Part shown: piece after piece, positions 17,743-26,534 of the stretch
How positions within the stretch are numbered: the first letter of the stretch is position 1
How the letters are laid out: the number at the start of each line of letters is the position of its first letter
Assembly: GCA_964625535.1 (NCBI GenBank)
Contig: CAZVEX010000001.1
Span: forward strand, 64,295 to 128,294
DNA length: 64,000 bases
Direction: 5' to 3'
Source of the DNA: an uncultured Gammaproteobacteria bacterium
Lineage (GTDB): Bacteria; Patescibacteriota; Microgenomatia; Daviesbacterales; UBA10151
The notes under the pieces: model-generated
Seen by the model: only the letters and a program-made list of their open reading frames with translations
Told to the model about the DNA's origin: nothing
Database searches by the model: none
Program-made: the position numbers and the translations under genes

Positions 17743-19662
17743 ATGCGATATTTTAAAAAACATTCCTTGAGCATTTGGATATTTTTTTTATGCGCAATTT
17801 TAGTATTTATTACTCAATTTACACTACTTCAATCTGTACTTCAGTATCGGTTATTTAATACCTCGGAGGATTGGGCGTATCTTATTTTATATCACTCCCT
17901 GGATTTAAATTTTTGGGATAAATTAGTTTATGTTTGGAAAACTTCCGGGCTGCACACATCAGCCCAAGTATTCCATATCGGGATTTTATCCGAGTTGTTA
18001 GGTTTTAATTATTCGGCTTATCAAGTGGTAAATGTAGTATTAAAAGCAATAGGGACGCTATCTTTTTTCCCGTTGATTTTGATCCTTTTTAAAAGCAGAA
18101 AGCTGGCATTTTTAGCAACTATTTTGTTTGGGATAAATTCTGCTACTGCCGGATCCTTTCTTTGGATTGTTAAGGGGAGTGAATACATAGGGATAATGTT
18201 GATGAACATTTTTCTTATTACTTACTACTTTGTAATCTTAAAAAATTCAAAAAAGCTTCTTTTTCTATCAAGCATTTTATTTTTATTAGCTTACTTGATG
18301 GCTCCGCCCAGGATGTTTCCACTGGTTTTACTGTTTCCTTTAATTGAAATTTATTGGCTACTTAAAACTCGTAAGATTCGCAATCTAAAATATTCAATCT
18401 TAAGAGGAGTATTTTATATCCTGCCTGTGATTTTAGTTTCCTTACCGGCTCCTGTTTCCCCGGGTTTTCCCTTTACCAAACAGCCGTTCGTTCTTTTAAA
18501 AGCAATACTCGACGGGAATTGGCATAATCTTATTGACCCATTCTCTAGTATAGGTTGGACACTTCTTACAAACGATTACTGGAAATTTTTAGGAAAGTTA
18601 GAATATGAAACTCTAACAAATTTAAAATTATATTTGACCTTTTTGTTTGATAGACCTGTCTTAATCTTCGGAATTTTAACAATGCTATTATCCCGTATTT
18701 TGTCGAATAAACCCCGGAAATTTTTTCTATTAGTTTTTGGTTTAAACTTTATGCTTGAAATTTTATTGTTTATATTAACCAGCCACCACCTTTATTTGCC
18801 GGAAAACCACATCAAGTCTTACCCGGGTCATTTTGTATTCACCAAATTTCCAGCTTTAGTTGGTTTTTATATATTTACGGTCGCTTTTGCCTGTTTTTTG
18901 GAATGGAGAAATGATAAAGAAAAAAGCAATCTATATATGGCTATGTGGGTTGGGGTGATATTTTCAGTAATTTTTCTTTGGCCAACATGGATAATAATGG
19001 GGCCATTAATCAATGATTATAGTAGTGTCCATTGGTATTTTGGTATACCGGCTGCGGGAACCACTCTTTTTTTAGCCGCAATATTGATCCTAATTTATGA
19101 TAAATTTAAACACAGAAGGTTATCCAGGGTATTTGCAGTACTCTTTATTTTGATAATAATAGTTGTTTTTTACCAATCTCATGGGACGGCAATTACCAAA
19201 CAATATATGGGTGTAAACCCCACAAAAGTAAGTTTGAAAGATCAACAAAAACTGCATGAGGAATTGATAATAAGCCTAGGAGATTCAGCAAAAAGCGGAG
19301 ATGTTTTGGTATACCTGGAAATTACTGAAGATGTTGTCAACTTAAGGAGGACACAAGAGTTTTATAAAGAAGCCTTGGTTGTAACAAAGTTTGGAGATTG
19401 GTTACACTTCAGAAGAAAAGAAACCGCCGGATGCATAGATGTTATCATTGATAAAAAGGTGCTTAAATCTGTTATTCAATTAAGGAATAATGAGAAAGGG
19501 TTTGCATACTACGGTAAATGTTTGGATAAAGAGAAGGGTATTTTGGTAAACAAAGAAAACCACCTCTATAAACTTGGTGACTTTTATGCATTACGAATAA
19601 AAAATGGTAACTTTATTAATATCAGAGACGAAATACTCGGAGAATTAAGGCTTAACCCCTGA
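17743..19662 (+). CDS. Polytopic GT-C glycosyltransferase (PMT/ArnT-like), paralog 3
   Basis: FTLLQSVLQYRLFNTSEDWAYLILYHS (EDW), SGLHTSAQVFHIGILSELLGFNYSAYQVVNVVLKAIGTLSFFPLILILFKSRKLAFLATILFGI collinear with paralogs 1-2; C-terminal soluble domain. Confidence 0.65.
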   Translation: MRYFKKHSLSIWIFFLCAILVFITQFTLLQSVLQYRLFNTSEDWAYLILYHSLDLNFWDKLVYVWKTSGLHTSAQVFHIGILSELLGFNYSAYQVVNVVLKAIGTLSFFPLILILFKSRKLAFLATILFGINSATAGSFLWIVKGSEYIGIMLMNIFLITYYFVILKNSKKLLFLSSILFLLAYLMAPPRMFPLVLLFPLIEIYWLLKTRKIRNLKYSILRGVFYILPVILVSLPAPVSPGFPFTKQPFVLLKAILDGNWHNLIDPFSSIGWTLLTNDYWKFLGKLEYETLTNLKLYLTFLFDRPVLIFGILTMLLSRILSNKPRKFFLLVFGLNFMLEILLFILTSHHLYLPENHIKSYPGHFVFTKFPALVGFYIFTVAFACFLEWRNDKEKSNLYMAMWVGVIFSVIFLWPTWIIMGPLINDYSSVHWYFGIPAAGTTLFLAAILILIYDKFKHRRLSRVFAVLFILIIIVVFYQSHGTAITKQYMGVNPTKVSLKDQQKLHEELIISLGDSAKSGDVLVYLEITEDVVNLRRTQEFYKEALVVTKFGDWLHFRRKETAGCIDVIIDKKVLKSVIQLRNNEKGFAYYGKCLDKEKGILVNKENHLYKLGDFYALRIKNGNFINIRDEILGELRLNP

Positions 19663-21414
19663 TTTTAATTGTTCCAGTTTATTTCTTGCCTCATTGGTGA
19701 TGTTTACCAGATTATCTTTTCCCTGCAAATAAAAGGCATAAACTCTATCAGGGGAGATTGGTTTTACCGGATATCCATAAGCGGATAAAGCCTTTCCGTC
19801 TGTAACAGCAGAAACTAACTGTCTGATGTCATCCATCGGCACAGGAAGACCCCCATCCTCCTCTCTTAGATTATAAAGTATTGCCATACGAGGTGGAAAT
19901 CCGAAGGTTATAACATCGTGGAGAATCCCTCCGTTGGTGCCATCCCCTTCAAAGTAAAAAATTATCGGCTCCTTACTTTTGCCAATTTCAGAAACATAGG
20001 GCATAGAAGACCAAATTTTTTTACTGATTTCCTGTCCGTGGCTATTTAAAAGACTGTTGATATACATTTTAGTTGCAATAATATGAATTACTAAAATTAT
20101 GCAAAGCGTTGCAAAAATGGCGATTTGTTGTTTTCTCTCTTTCCCCAAACTAATTATTGTTGCAAGTAATATGGATACACCTGCTGCAGATACGATTAAA
20201 TATCTGTAAGTAGTGGGGAAGATTGATGTTGGCACCCACCACCAGGCAAAAAAGAATGAAGTGATGGACCAGGAGGCTCCTAGAAAGAGAGCTTGAGATA
20301 TGTATTTTTCCTTGAAGTATTTTACTGCCAGAAAGCCAATCAGAATTAGGGTATATCCTCCAATCAGTAATGAAAAAATCTGGTTTGTATTATTGAAGAA
20401 ATTTAGATTTCCTTTATAAATCAATATAATCAGCGTGCTCCACAATCCTAAGGAAAATAACGTATAACAGAATAATTTAGATGTGAATATGCTTGCATTT
20501 TTCATTATAAAAAATACAAAAAGGGAGAAAATCGCAAATGAGGAGATGAGGAAAGGAAGAAGTTGTCTCAAGGCATTAATCTGTCCTTGTGGTCCTATTA
20601 AATCAGGGATCAGCATGCTTCCAAACATAACAATGGGATAAAAAAGAAAATCAAATCTTCCCTGCTGCAAAAGCATAGATATTGTTTGTATCCCTAAATT
20701 AAATCTCTCAGCTATTTCCTGCGGAGGACCCTGTGATTGACCCGTGTATCTGATAATTAGAAATATTGCCAAAAAGACGGAAAATCTAATGACAGATTTT
20801 TTAATTGTTTTAAAGTTTCTGTTTTGAATAACCCAAAAGACCTCAAGTAAAAAGATAAATGGTAGCGATCCATGCATCCTGATGGGAGTTGTTACATAGG
20901 CAAAATAGTAAAGGATTGCTGAAATAATTAAAGAAAAAGGTTTACTCTCCCCTCTTGCTTTAAAGAAGAAATACAAGCACAAATTAAGAAGAGCTACAGT
21001 TATATAGGAGGGCATATTAAAAACCCAGTTAGTAGCATCCAGTCCAATGGTTGTGATTGAGAAAAACCCAACTGCAAAAACAGATGCAATTTTACTCTTT
21101 GTGAGGTAGAAAACTAAAGGATAAAATGAGAATGCAGCCGTGATCCTTAATACATAAGAGGTTAAATAATACCAAGACGATTCAAAACCGAAGATTTTCT
21201 GCATGATTCCCATTAAAATATCCTGGGCCCCGTATGGCGTTAGATAGTAGGTTAGATGATTCCAGGCGCCCGGAGACCTTGGTCCTACATGTTGAAAATA
21301 TCTAAAAAATGCCAACCAGTCATCGCCCATAAGCGCAAGATTGAACGAGGGGTAGAGAGCAAAAAGACTAATAATTATTGAGAGTAAAATAGCAAGAATG
21401 TAGCCTTTTTTCAT
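19645..21414 (-). CDS. Polytopic GT-C glycosyltransferase (PMT/ArnT-like), divergent paralog 4
   Basis: Start placed at MKKGYILAILL (ATG rc 21412-21414, TAATG overlap with upstream gene stop); FNLALMGDDWLAFFRYFQ (DDW loop), many TMs, soluble C-terminal domain; 18-bp overlap with convergent paralog 3. Confidence 0.6.
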   Translation of the reverse strand: MKKGYILAILLSIIISLFALYPSFNLALMGDDWLAFFRYFQHVGPRSPGAWNHLTYYLTPYGAQDILMGIMQKIFGFESSWYYLTSYVLRITAAFSFYPLVFYLTKSKIASVFAVGFFSITTIGLDATNWVFNMPSYITVALLNLCLYFFFKARGESKPFSLIISAILYYFAYVTTPIRMHGSLPFIFLLEVFWVIQNRNFKTIKKSVIRFSVFLAIFLIIRYTGQSQGPPQEIAERFNLGIQTISMLLQQGRFDFLFYPIVMFGSMLIPDLIGPQGQINALRQLLPFLISSFAIFSLFVFFIMKNASIFTSKLFCYTLFSLGLWSTLIILIYKGNLNFFNNTNQIFSLLIGGYTLILIGFLAVKYFKEKYISQALFLGASWSITSFFFAWWWVPTSIFPTTYRYLIVSAAGVSILLATIISLGKERKQQIAIFATLCIILVIHIIATKMYINSLLNSHGQEISKKIWSSMPYVSEIGKSKEPIIFYFEGDGTNGGILHDVITFGFPPRMAILYNLREEDGGLPVPMDDIRQLVSAVTDGKALSAYGYPVKPISPDRVYAFYLQGKDNLVNITNEARNKLEQLKSGVKP

Positions 21415-23711
21415 TATGTTTTCCAAAGTTTGATGCCATTGCCGAGACCTGTCCATAACAGTTTTGCGTCGCAATTGCAAAATGTTTTTGGATCGGCGTT
21501 TTCACCTAAAACCAGATAGTCATAATGATTAGGGAGATTCAAGCGGAGAAAATAATCAACGTCTATCCTACCATTATAAAATGCAGCTGTGGGAATATTA
21601 TAAACTTCTCGGTCATTTAGAATCAGTCTTAAAGCGCGGAACATATGTTCCGGAATACTGGTGCGGTAGTCTATAAAAAATGTGCCTGTTTTCGGTGCAA
21701 ATTTGTCAAACTCCTCCAGTGTGCCTTCTAAATTTTTTGCTTCATTTAAGTATTTATCAGTTACTTTAAATACGCCTTCTGTCCTGTCTTGGCTTAAGAA
21801 TTTAGGCTGGAAATATTCACTGTTTAATATATCTGCTCTTCTTTTATCTGTTAAACCAGCAAGATATATGTCATTGATAATTAAATAATTTGCTTTGAGT
21901 ATTCTTAGCGAAAGGGGATTTAATGTGTAATACAAGTCAGCATAGGTAGGGCCCATATCGAAAATATCATACACCCGGGGTTTTGGCGCCCATAAAGGGG
22001 TTAAAGCACCGATTTCTGTAACTAGATTTAGATTTGAAGACGGGATGGGATTGGAATCGGTTAGAGCCAGCACTCTTTCTTGAACAGGGAGATTGTTCTT
22101 TACCCACTCAAAAGCCGGCCGCTCTGTTTTTGGCAGTATTTTATACCAATAATCTTGAGGTCTTGGGAAAAGTTTTGCAAAAGAAGGCAGGATAGAAATT
22201 ATGAATATCCAACTCAAAAAAATTTTAGGGATTAAATATTTTTTTTGTGGTGAACTAAACCACCAGTTGGAAATAAAAAAAGCAATGCCTAGCCCTGAAA
22301 AATAATAAGCTAATGCCAAAAAGCGGTTTCCGTTGGCGCCTAGATAATCTTTAGGGACTATGCCATGATATGCGATTAACGCTGTCGCGGATGAAATAAA
22401 AAGTAACCACATCATAGCGCGAAGGGATTTGTTTTTAAAAGTGATATAAATACAAATAGATAAAAGTATGCTTAAAGACCAAAAAATTCCCGGATGGAAC
22501 CACTGCAGAGGATAATAATGCGGCTGATCAGGGATTATTTTGGAGGATTGCTGTCTTGTCTGGTAGGTACTTTCTTGCTTGCCAGAGTCTGGTCCGTTTT
22601 TGGGAAAAATTATTACACTCGACTCGCCCTTATTCAATCCAACAATAGTTTCCGTAATGATTCCTCCCTGAAGGCTAATTATTAAGGCCGTCAAAGTTAC
22701 AAATAGAAACCATTTAATAATTGCTTTCCGGAATATGGTAATAAGAAGCATTAAAAGACAGGCAGGTAGGATTACTAAGAGTACAACTTCATCTGTTAGG
22801 GCTGTTGCTGAAAAAACGGCCAATAGGACAAGCGAGATAATAAATAAGTTATTGACAGGACGGATAATAATAGGAAGCAAGCCTATTACAAAAGATATAG
22901 ATAGCAGCCTGTGTATAAAATAAATTAAGACATCAAGATAATGTGGAGTGCCGTAAATTTCCTGCGCATTGTAAATAGTCGGTTGTTGGCTAAGCCATTT
23001 TAAAAAGCCTTCTTCCATATTAGGTAAACCAATTTGAGCAGGCCAGGCAACCATAAAGTTACCCATGGAGATAATCCCCGTTAACGCGGGTAGTGAAATA
23101 ACTAAAAGCGATAAATAGCCTTTTTTTACAGGTATCAGCCAGCTAAGTATTTGACTAATGGCAAGAAGTACAAAAAAAGAAATAAGGGAATGGGTAAAAT
23201 AATAGGGAGCATCTGTTAGTGCTCTCGTAGCCCCCAGAAATTCTCCGGCTCCCAAATGATAATACATTAAATAATCAGGCTGGAAAGGCGTATGAGGAGG
23301 GTAGTCGCCTCTTATGAAAAGCGAGGCTATAGAATAATGATTAACCGAATCTCCTCCGTTTGACTGTGCGTGCGCCGTAATAACGTATAAAAATATAGAC
23401 CAAAGCAGAAGTGAAACAATCCATAGCGTCAGTTGTGTGCCTTTAGGGAATTCTAATTTTGGAACATTCTTAAAATATTTAACCGCAGCAGCAATAACAA
23501 CTTCAGTTATTAAAGCAATAATTATGCCTGAAGGACCCTTGAGGAAATGAGCAAACAGGTTTATTAAAAAAATATATATTGCGATACCGATGATTGCACC
23601 GGCCGGTATTAAGATTTGGGCTCTGCTATCCGTTGTTGCCCTGCGGATTATGGTTATACCGGACCAGAAAAGAACAAGAAAGAAGATTAAAACCTTTATA
23701 TATATGAACAC
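21414..23711 (-). CDS. 765-aa polytopic membrane protein, distinct family (GT-C-like/YfhO-like?), co-transcribed with GT-C paralog 4
   Basis: ~14 hydrophobic segments plus ~230-aa C-terminal soluble domain; loop motif NGGDSVNHYSIASLFIRGDYPPHTPFQPDY; no catalytic motif recognised by eye. Confidence 0.4.
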   Translation of the reverse strand: MFIYIKVLIFFLVLFWSGITIIRRATTDSRAQILIPAGAIIGIAIYIFLINLFAHFLKGPSGIIIALITEVVIAAAVKYFKNVPKLEFPKGTQLTLWIVSLLLWSIFLYVITAHAQSNGGDSVNHYSIASLFIRGDYPPHTPFQPDYLMYYHLGAGEFLGATRALTDAPYYFTHSLISFFVLLAISQILSWLIPVKKGYLSLLVISLPALTGIISMGNFMVAWPAQIGLPNMEEGFLKWLSQQPTIYNAQEIYGTPHYLDVLIYFIHRLLSISFVIGLLPIIIRPVNNLFIISLVLLAVFSATALTDEVVLLVILPACLLMLLITIFRKAIIKWFLFVTLTALIISLQGGIITETIVGLNKGESSVIIFPKNGPDSGKQESTYQTRQQSSKIIPDQPHYYPLQWFHPGIFWSLSILLSICIYITFKNKSLRAMMWLLFISSATALIAYHGIVPKDYLGANGNRFLALAYYFSGLGIAFFISNWWFSSPQKKYLIPKIFLSWIFIISILPSFAKLFPRPQDYWYKILPKTERPAFEWVKNNLPVQERVLALTDSNPIPSSNLNLVTEIGALTPLWAPKPRVYDIFDMGPTYADLYYTLNPLSLRILKANYLIINDIYLAGLTDKRRADILNSEYFQPKFLSQDRTEGVFKVTDKYLNEAKNLEGTLEEFDKFAPKTGTFFIDYRTSIPEHMFRALRLILNDREVYNIPTAAFYNGRIDVDYFLRLNLPNHYDYLVLGENADPKTFCNCDAKLLWTGLGNGIKLWKT

Positions 23712-23783
23712 TTGTGTAAACTAAGGTAACAGAGAAAAGGAAAAATGTAAAGAAAGTTTCGGTATGTTATTATTTGGATTGAA

Positions 23784-24614
23784 ATGGCTAAGCCTTTGGT
23801 GTCTGTGGTTATTACTACAAAAAATGAAGAGAAAATGGTTAAGAAACTGCTTTTAACTATTAATAAACAAACATACAAAAATTGGGAAATTGTTTTAGTT
23901 GATAATCGTTCTACAGATAAGACTGTGCAAATTGCTAAGGAAATGGGCGTTAAAGTATATAGTTTTGGACCTGAGAGAAGCGCCCAGAGGAATTACGGCG
24001 CTAAAATGGCAAAAGGGAAATATCTGCTATTTTTGGATGCGGATATGGAACTTTCAGAAAATGTGATTTCAGAGTGTGTGGATGTAGTCCAATCAGGTAA
24101 AGATATTGGCGGAATCGCCATTCCGGAAAAGTCGAAAGCAGTTTACTTTTGGGAAAAAGTTAAAGCATATGAACGGTCTTTTTATAATGAAAAAGGGGAC
24201 CCGGTTACTGATGCAGCCAGATTTTTTAAAAAGCAGGTTTTTCAAAAAGTAGGAGGATACGATGAGACTATTACCGGGCCGGAAGATTGGGATCTGCCGG
24301 AAACTATTATAGAATTGGGTTTTAGGATTGATAGGATAAAGGCTCATATATATCACCGCGAGAGAGTGCCTTCGCCTTGGATTTTAGCAAAGAAGAAATT
24401 TTATTATGCGCTTTCAGCTTACCGCTATTTAGAAAAACATAATATCCATATGGTAAGTCCAAAGACGGTCTATTTCTTAAGGCCTGTTTTTTATAAAAAT
24501 TGGAAAAGGCTTTTATCCCATCCCGTTATGTCTTTTGCAATGTTTATCATGCTTTCAGCAGAGTTAGCAGGTGGCGGATTAGGGTATTTGATAGGGAGGA
24601 TCAAAAAACTTTGA
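23784..24614 (+). CDS. GT2 glycosyltransferase with C-terminal TM anchor
   Basis: VSVVITTKNEEKMVKKLLLTINKQTY ... EIVLVDNRSTDKT ... YLLFLDADM (DxD); C-terminal hydrophobic SFAMFIMLSAELAGGGLGYLIG. Confidence 0.8.
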   Translation: MAKPLVSVVITTKNEEKMVKKLLLTINKQTYKNWEIVLVDNRSTDKTVQIAKEMGVKVYSFGPERSAQRNYGAKMAKGKYLLFLDADMELSENVISECVDVVQSGKDIGGIAIPEKSKAVYFWEKVKAYERSFYNEKGDPVTDAARFFKKQVFQKVGGYDETITGPEDWDLPETIIELGFRIDRIKAHIYHRERVPSPWILAKKKFYYALSAYRYLEKHNIHMVSPKTVYFLRPVFYKNWKRLLSHPVMSFAMFIMLSAELAGGGLGYLIGRIKKL

Positions 24615-25729
24615 AAATCTTGCAGTTGACAGTCCATTTCAGGCCGAATATTGGCGGTGTGGAAACACATCTTGGGGATTTAATACAGGCATTATTAAAA
24701 AGAGAAATAATAGTATTTGTTTTAACCTATAGACCCTTAACTACTAAGGTGAGTTGGAAGATGTATGAAAATAAAAATAATTTAGAAATTTTGAGAATCC
24801 CCTGGTTGCCAAATTTATTCTATAATCTAATTAAATATCCTGTGCTGGAATTTCTTTATCTGATCCCGGGACTTTTTTTGATAACACCGCTTATTCTTTT
24901 CTTAAAAAGAATTGATGTGATTCATGCTCATGGATTGGTGGCCGGATTTGTGGGAGTGTTTTGGGGAAAGATTTTTAATAAAAGGACGGTTGTTTCTGTA
25001 CACAGTATTTATCATTTTCCCAAAAAAGGTTTATATAGAAATTTTACCAGCCGGATTTTTAAAAATGCCAATTTGGTTTTGGGTTTATCGAAACAGACTA
25101 AACAAGAAATTAAATCTCTTGGTATACCTTCCGAAAAAGTAGACTATTTTACATATTGGATTGATTTGGAGAAATTCAGGAAAGCGGAGAATGCCAAACA
25201 AAGCTTAGACTGGCAAGACGAATTCATAGTTTTGTTTGTTGGAAGGTTGGTTGCAGAAAAAGGAATTATTGAACTTTTGGAATCCGTAAAAACCTGGAAC
25301 GGAAATATCAGTCTAAAAATTATCGGGTCAGGGCCGCTGGAGGAAGAAGTAAAAAAGGCGGCATCTAAGTATAAAAATGTAGAATTTGTTGGGGTTATTG
25401 ATCAGGATAAGTTACCACTGTATTATAGTGGATCCGATATACTAATTGTTCCTTCTGCATCAGAAGAAGGATTCGGCAGAGTGATTTTGGAATCACTTTC
25501 TTGCGGTACGCCTGTTATTGGTGCCAACCGTGGGGCTATCCCCGAAGCTATGGATGAAACTGTTGGAAAATTAATTGATGTTACGCCAAATAATATAAAA
25601 GAGAGTATTGAATATTTTTACAGAAATAGGGGAGAATTGAAAAAAATGTCATTAGTTTGTAGAAAATTTGCAGAAAGGAGATATTCGGAAAAAAATGTCG
25701 AAAAAATTATCAGAGCGTATCAAGCATAA
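24611..25729 (+). CDS. GT4-family glycosyltransferase
   Basis: Start proposed at TTG 24611 (TTGA overlap with upstream stop; the ATG at 24500 would overlap 115 nt); LQLTVHFRPNIGGVETHLGDL; C-terminal EGFGRVILESLSCGTPVIGANRGAIPEAM GT4 motif. Confidence 0.8.
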   Translation: MKILQLTVHFRPNIGGVETHLGDLIQALLKREIIVFVLTYRPLTTKVSWKMYENKNNLEILRIPWLPNLFYNLIKYPVLEFLYLIPGLFLITPLILFLKRIDVIHAHGLVAGFVGVFWGKIFNKRTVVSVHSIYHFPKKGLYRNFTSRIFKNANLVLGLSKQTKQEIKSLGIPSEKVDYFTYWIDLEKFRKAENAKQSLDWQDEFIVLFVGRLVAEKGIIELLESVKTWNGNISLKIIGSGPLEEEVKKAASKYKNVEFVGVIDQDKLPLYYSGSDILIVPSASEEGFGRVILESLSCGTPVIGANRGAIPEAMDETVGKLIDVTPNNIKESIEYFYRNRGELKKMSLVCRKFAERRYSEKNVEKIIRAYQA

Positions 25730-26534
25730 TTTGGATGTATCTCTTAAAACAGTTGGTGATATGGCGTTAAAGCGAAGAGCTAAAAGAATTGTTGAGGAGC
25801 TGGATTTAAAAGACGGGGATAAGGTATTAGAAATAGGTTGCGGAAACGGATATTATCTTAGTTTATTAAACAGAGTAGGATTGAAATTAGCTCTTTTTGG
25901 AATAGACAATGATCAAATGGCGCTTTATGATGCTAAAAAATTTATTGGTGACGCTAAAGTCAAACTGATCAATGCGGATAGTTCAAAATTGCCCTTTGTA
26001 GAAAATTCCTTTGATAAGATAGTGATGAGTGAAGTATTGGAACACGTACAAGATGAAAATAAAACTCTAGAAGAAGCTTACAGGGTTTTACAAAAGAATG
26101 GGATATTTACTTTAACAACCTGTAACATTGATTATCCATTTCTTTGGGATCCAGTAAATTGGATCCTCCAGCATTTTTTTGGTACACACATACAATCCGG
26201 TTTTTGGGCAGGAATATGGAATCAACATACCAGGCTTTATAAAAAGGGGCGGGTAGAAAAATTAATTCAGAAGGCAGGTTTTAAAATTATTAAAGTAGAA
26301 TCTCTGACCAACTGGTGCCTTCCCTTTAACCACTATATAGTAAACTATATAGCGAAGCTTTTTTACTCGAGAATGTTGCCGGAAAGCATCCACAAAAGCA
26401 TGAATAAATTTCAAAATAACAAGCAACCGTTGCTTATAAATTTAGGGTTTAGGTTAATCAATGCATATGACAGTCTGAATGATATTTTCCCCCAGAAAAC
26501 AGGTGTTTCTATTTTTGTAAAAGCAAAAAAATAA
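25695..26534 (+). CDS. Class I SAM-dependent methyltransferase
   Basis: SAM motif I VLEIGCGNGYYLSLL, acidic motif II LFGIDND, motif post-II KLPFVENSFDKIVMSEVLEH; start could also be 25668. Confidence 0.75.
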   Translation: MSKKLSERIKHNLDVSLKTVGDMALKRRAKRIVEELDLKDGDKVLEIGCGNGYYLSLLNRVGLKLALFGIDNDQMALYDAKKFIGDAKVKLINADSSKLPFVENSFDKIVMSEVLEHVQDENKTLEEAYRVLQKNGIFTLTTCNIDYPFLWDPVNWILQHFFGTHIQSGFWAGIWNQHTRLYKKGRVEKLIQKAGFKIIKVESLTNWCLPFNHYIVNYIAKLFYSRMLPESIHKSMNKFQNNKQPLLINLGFRLINAYDSLNDIFPQKTGVSIFVKAKK

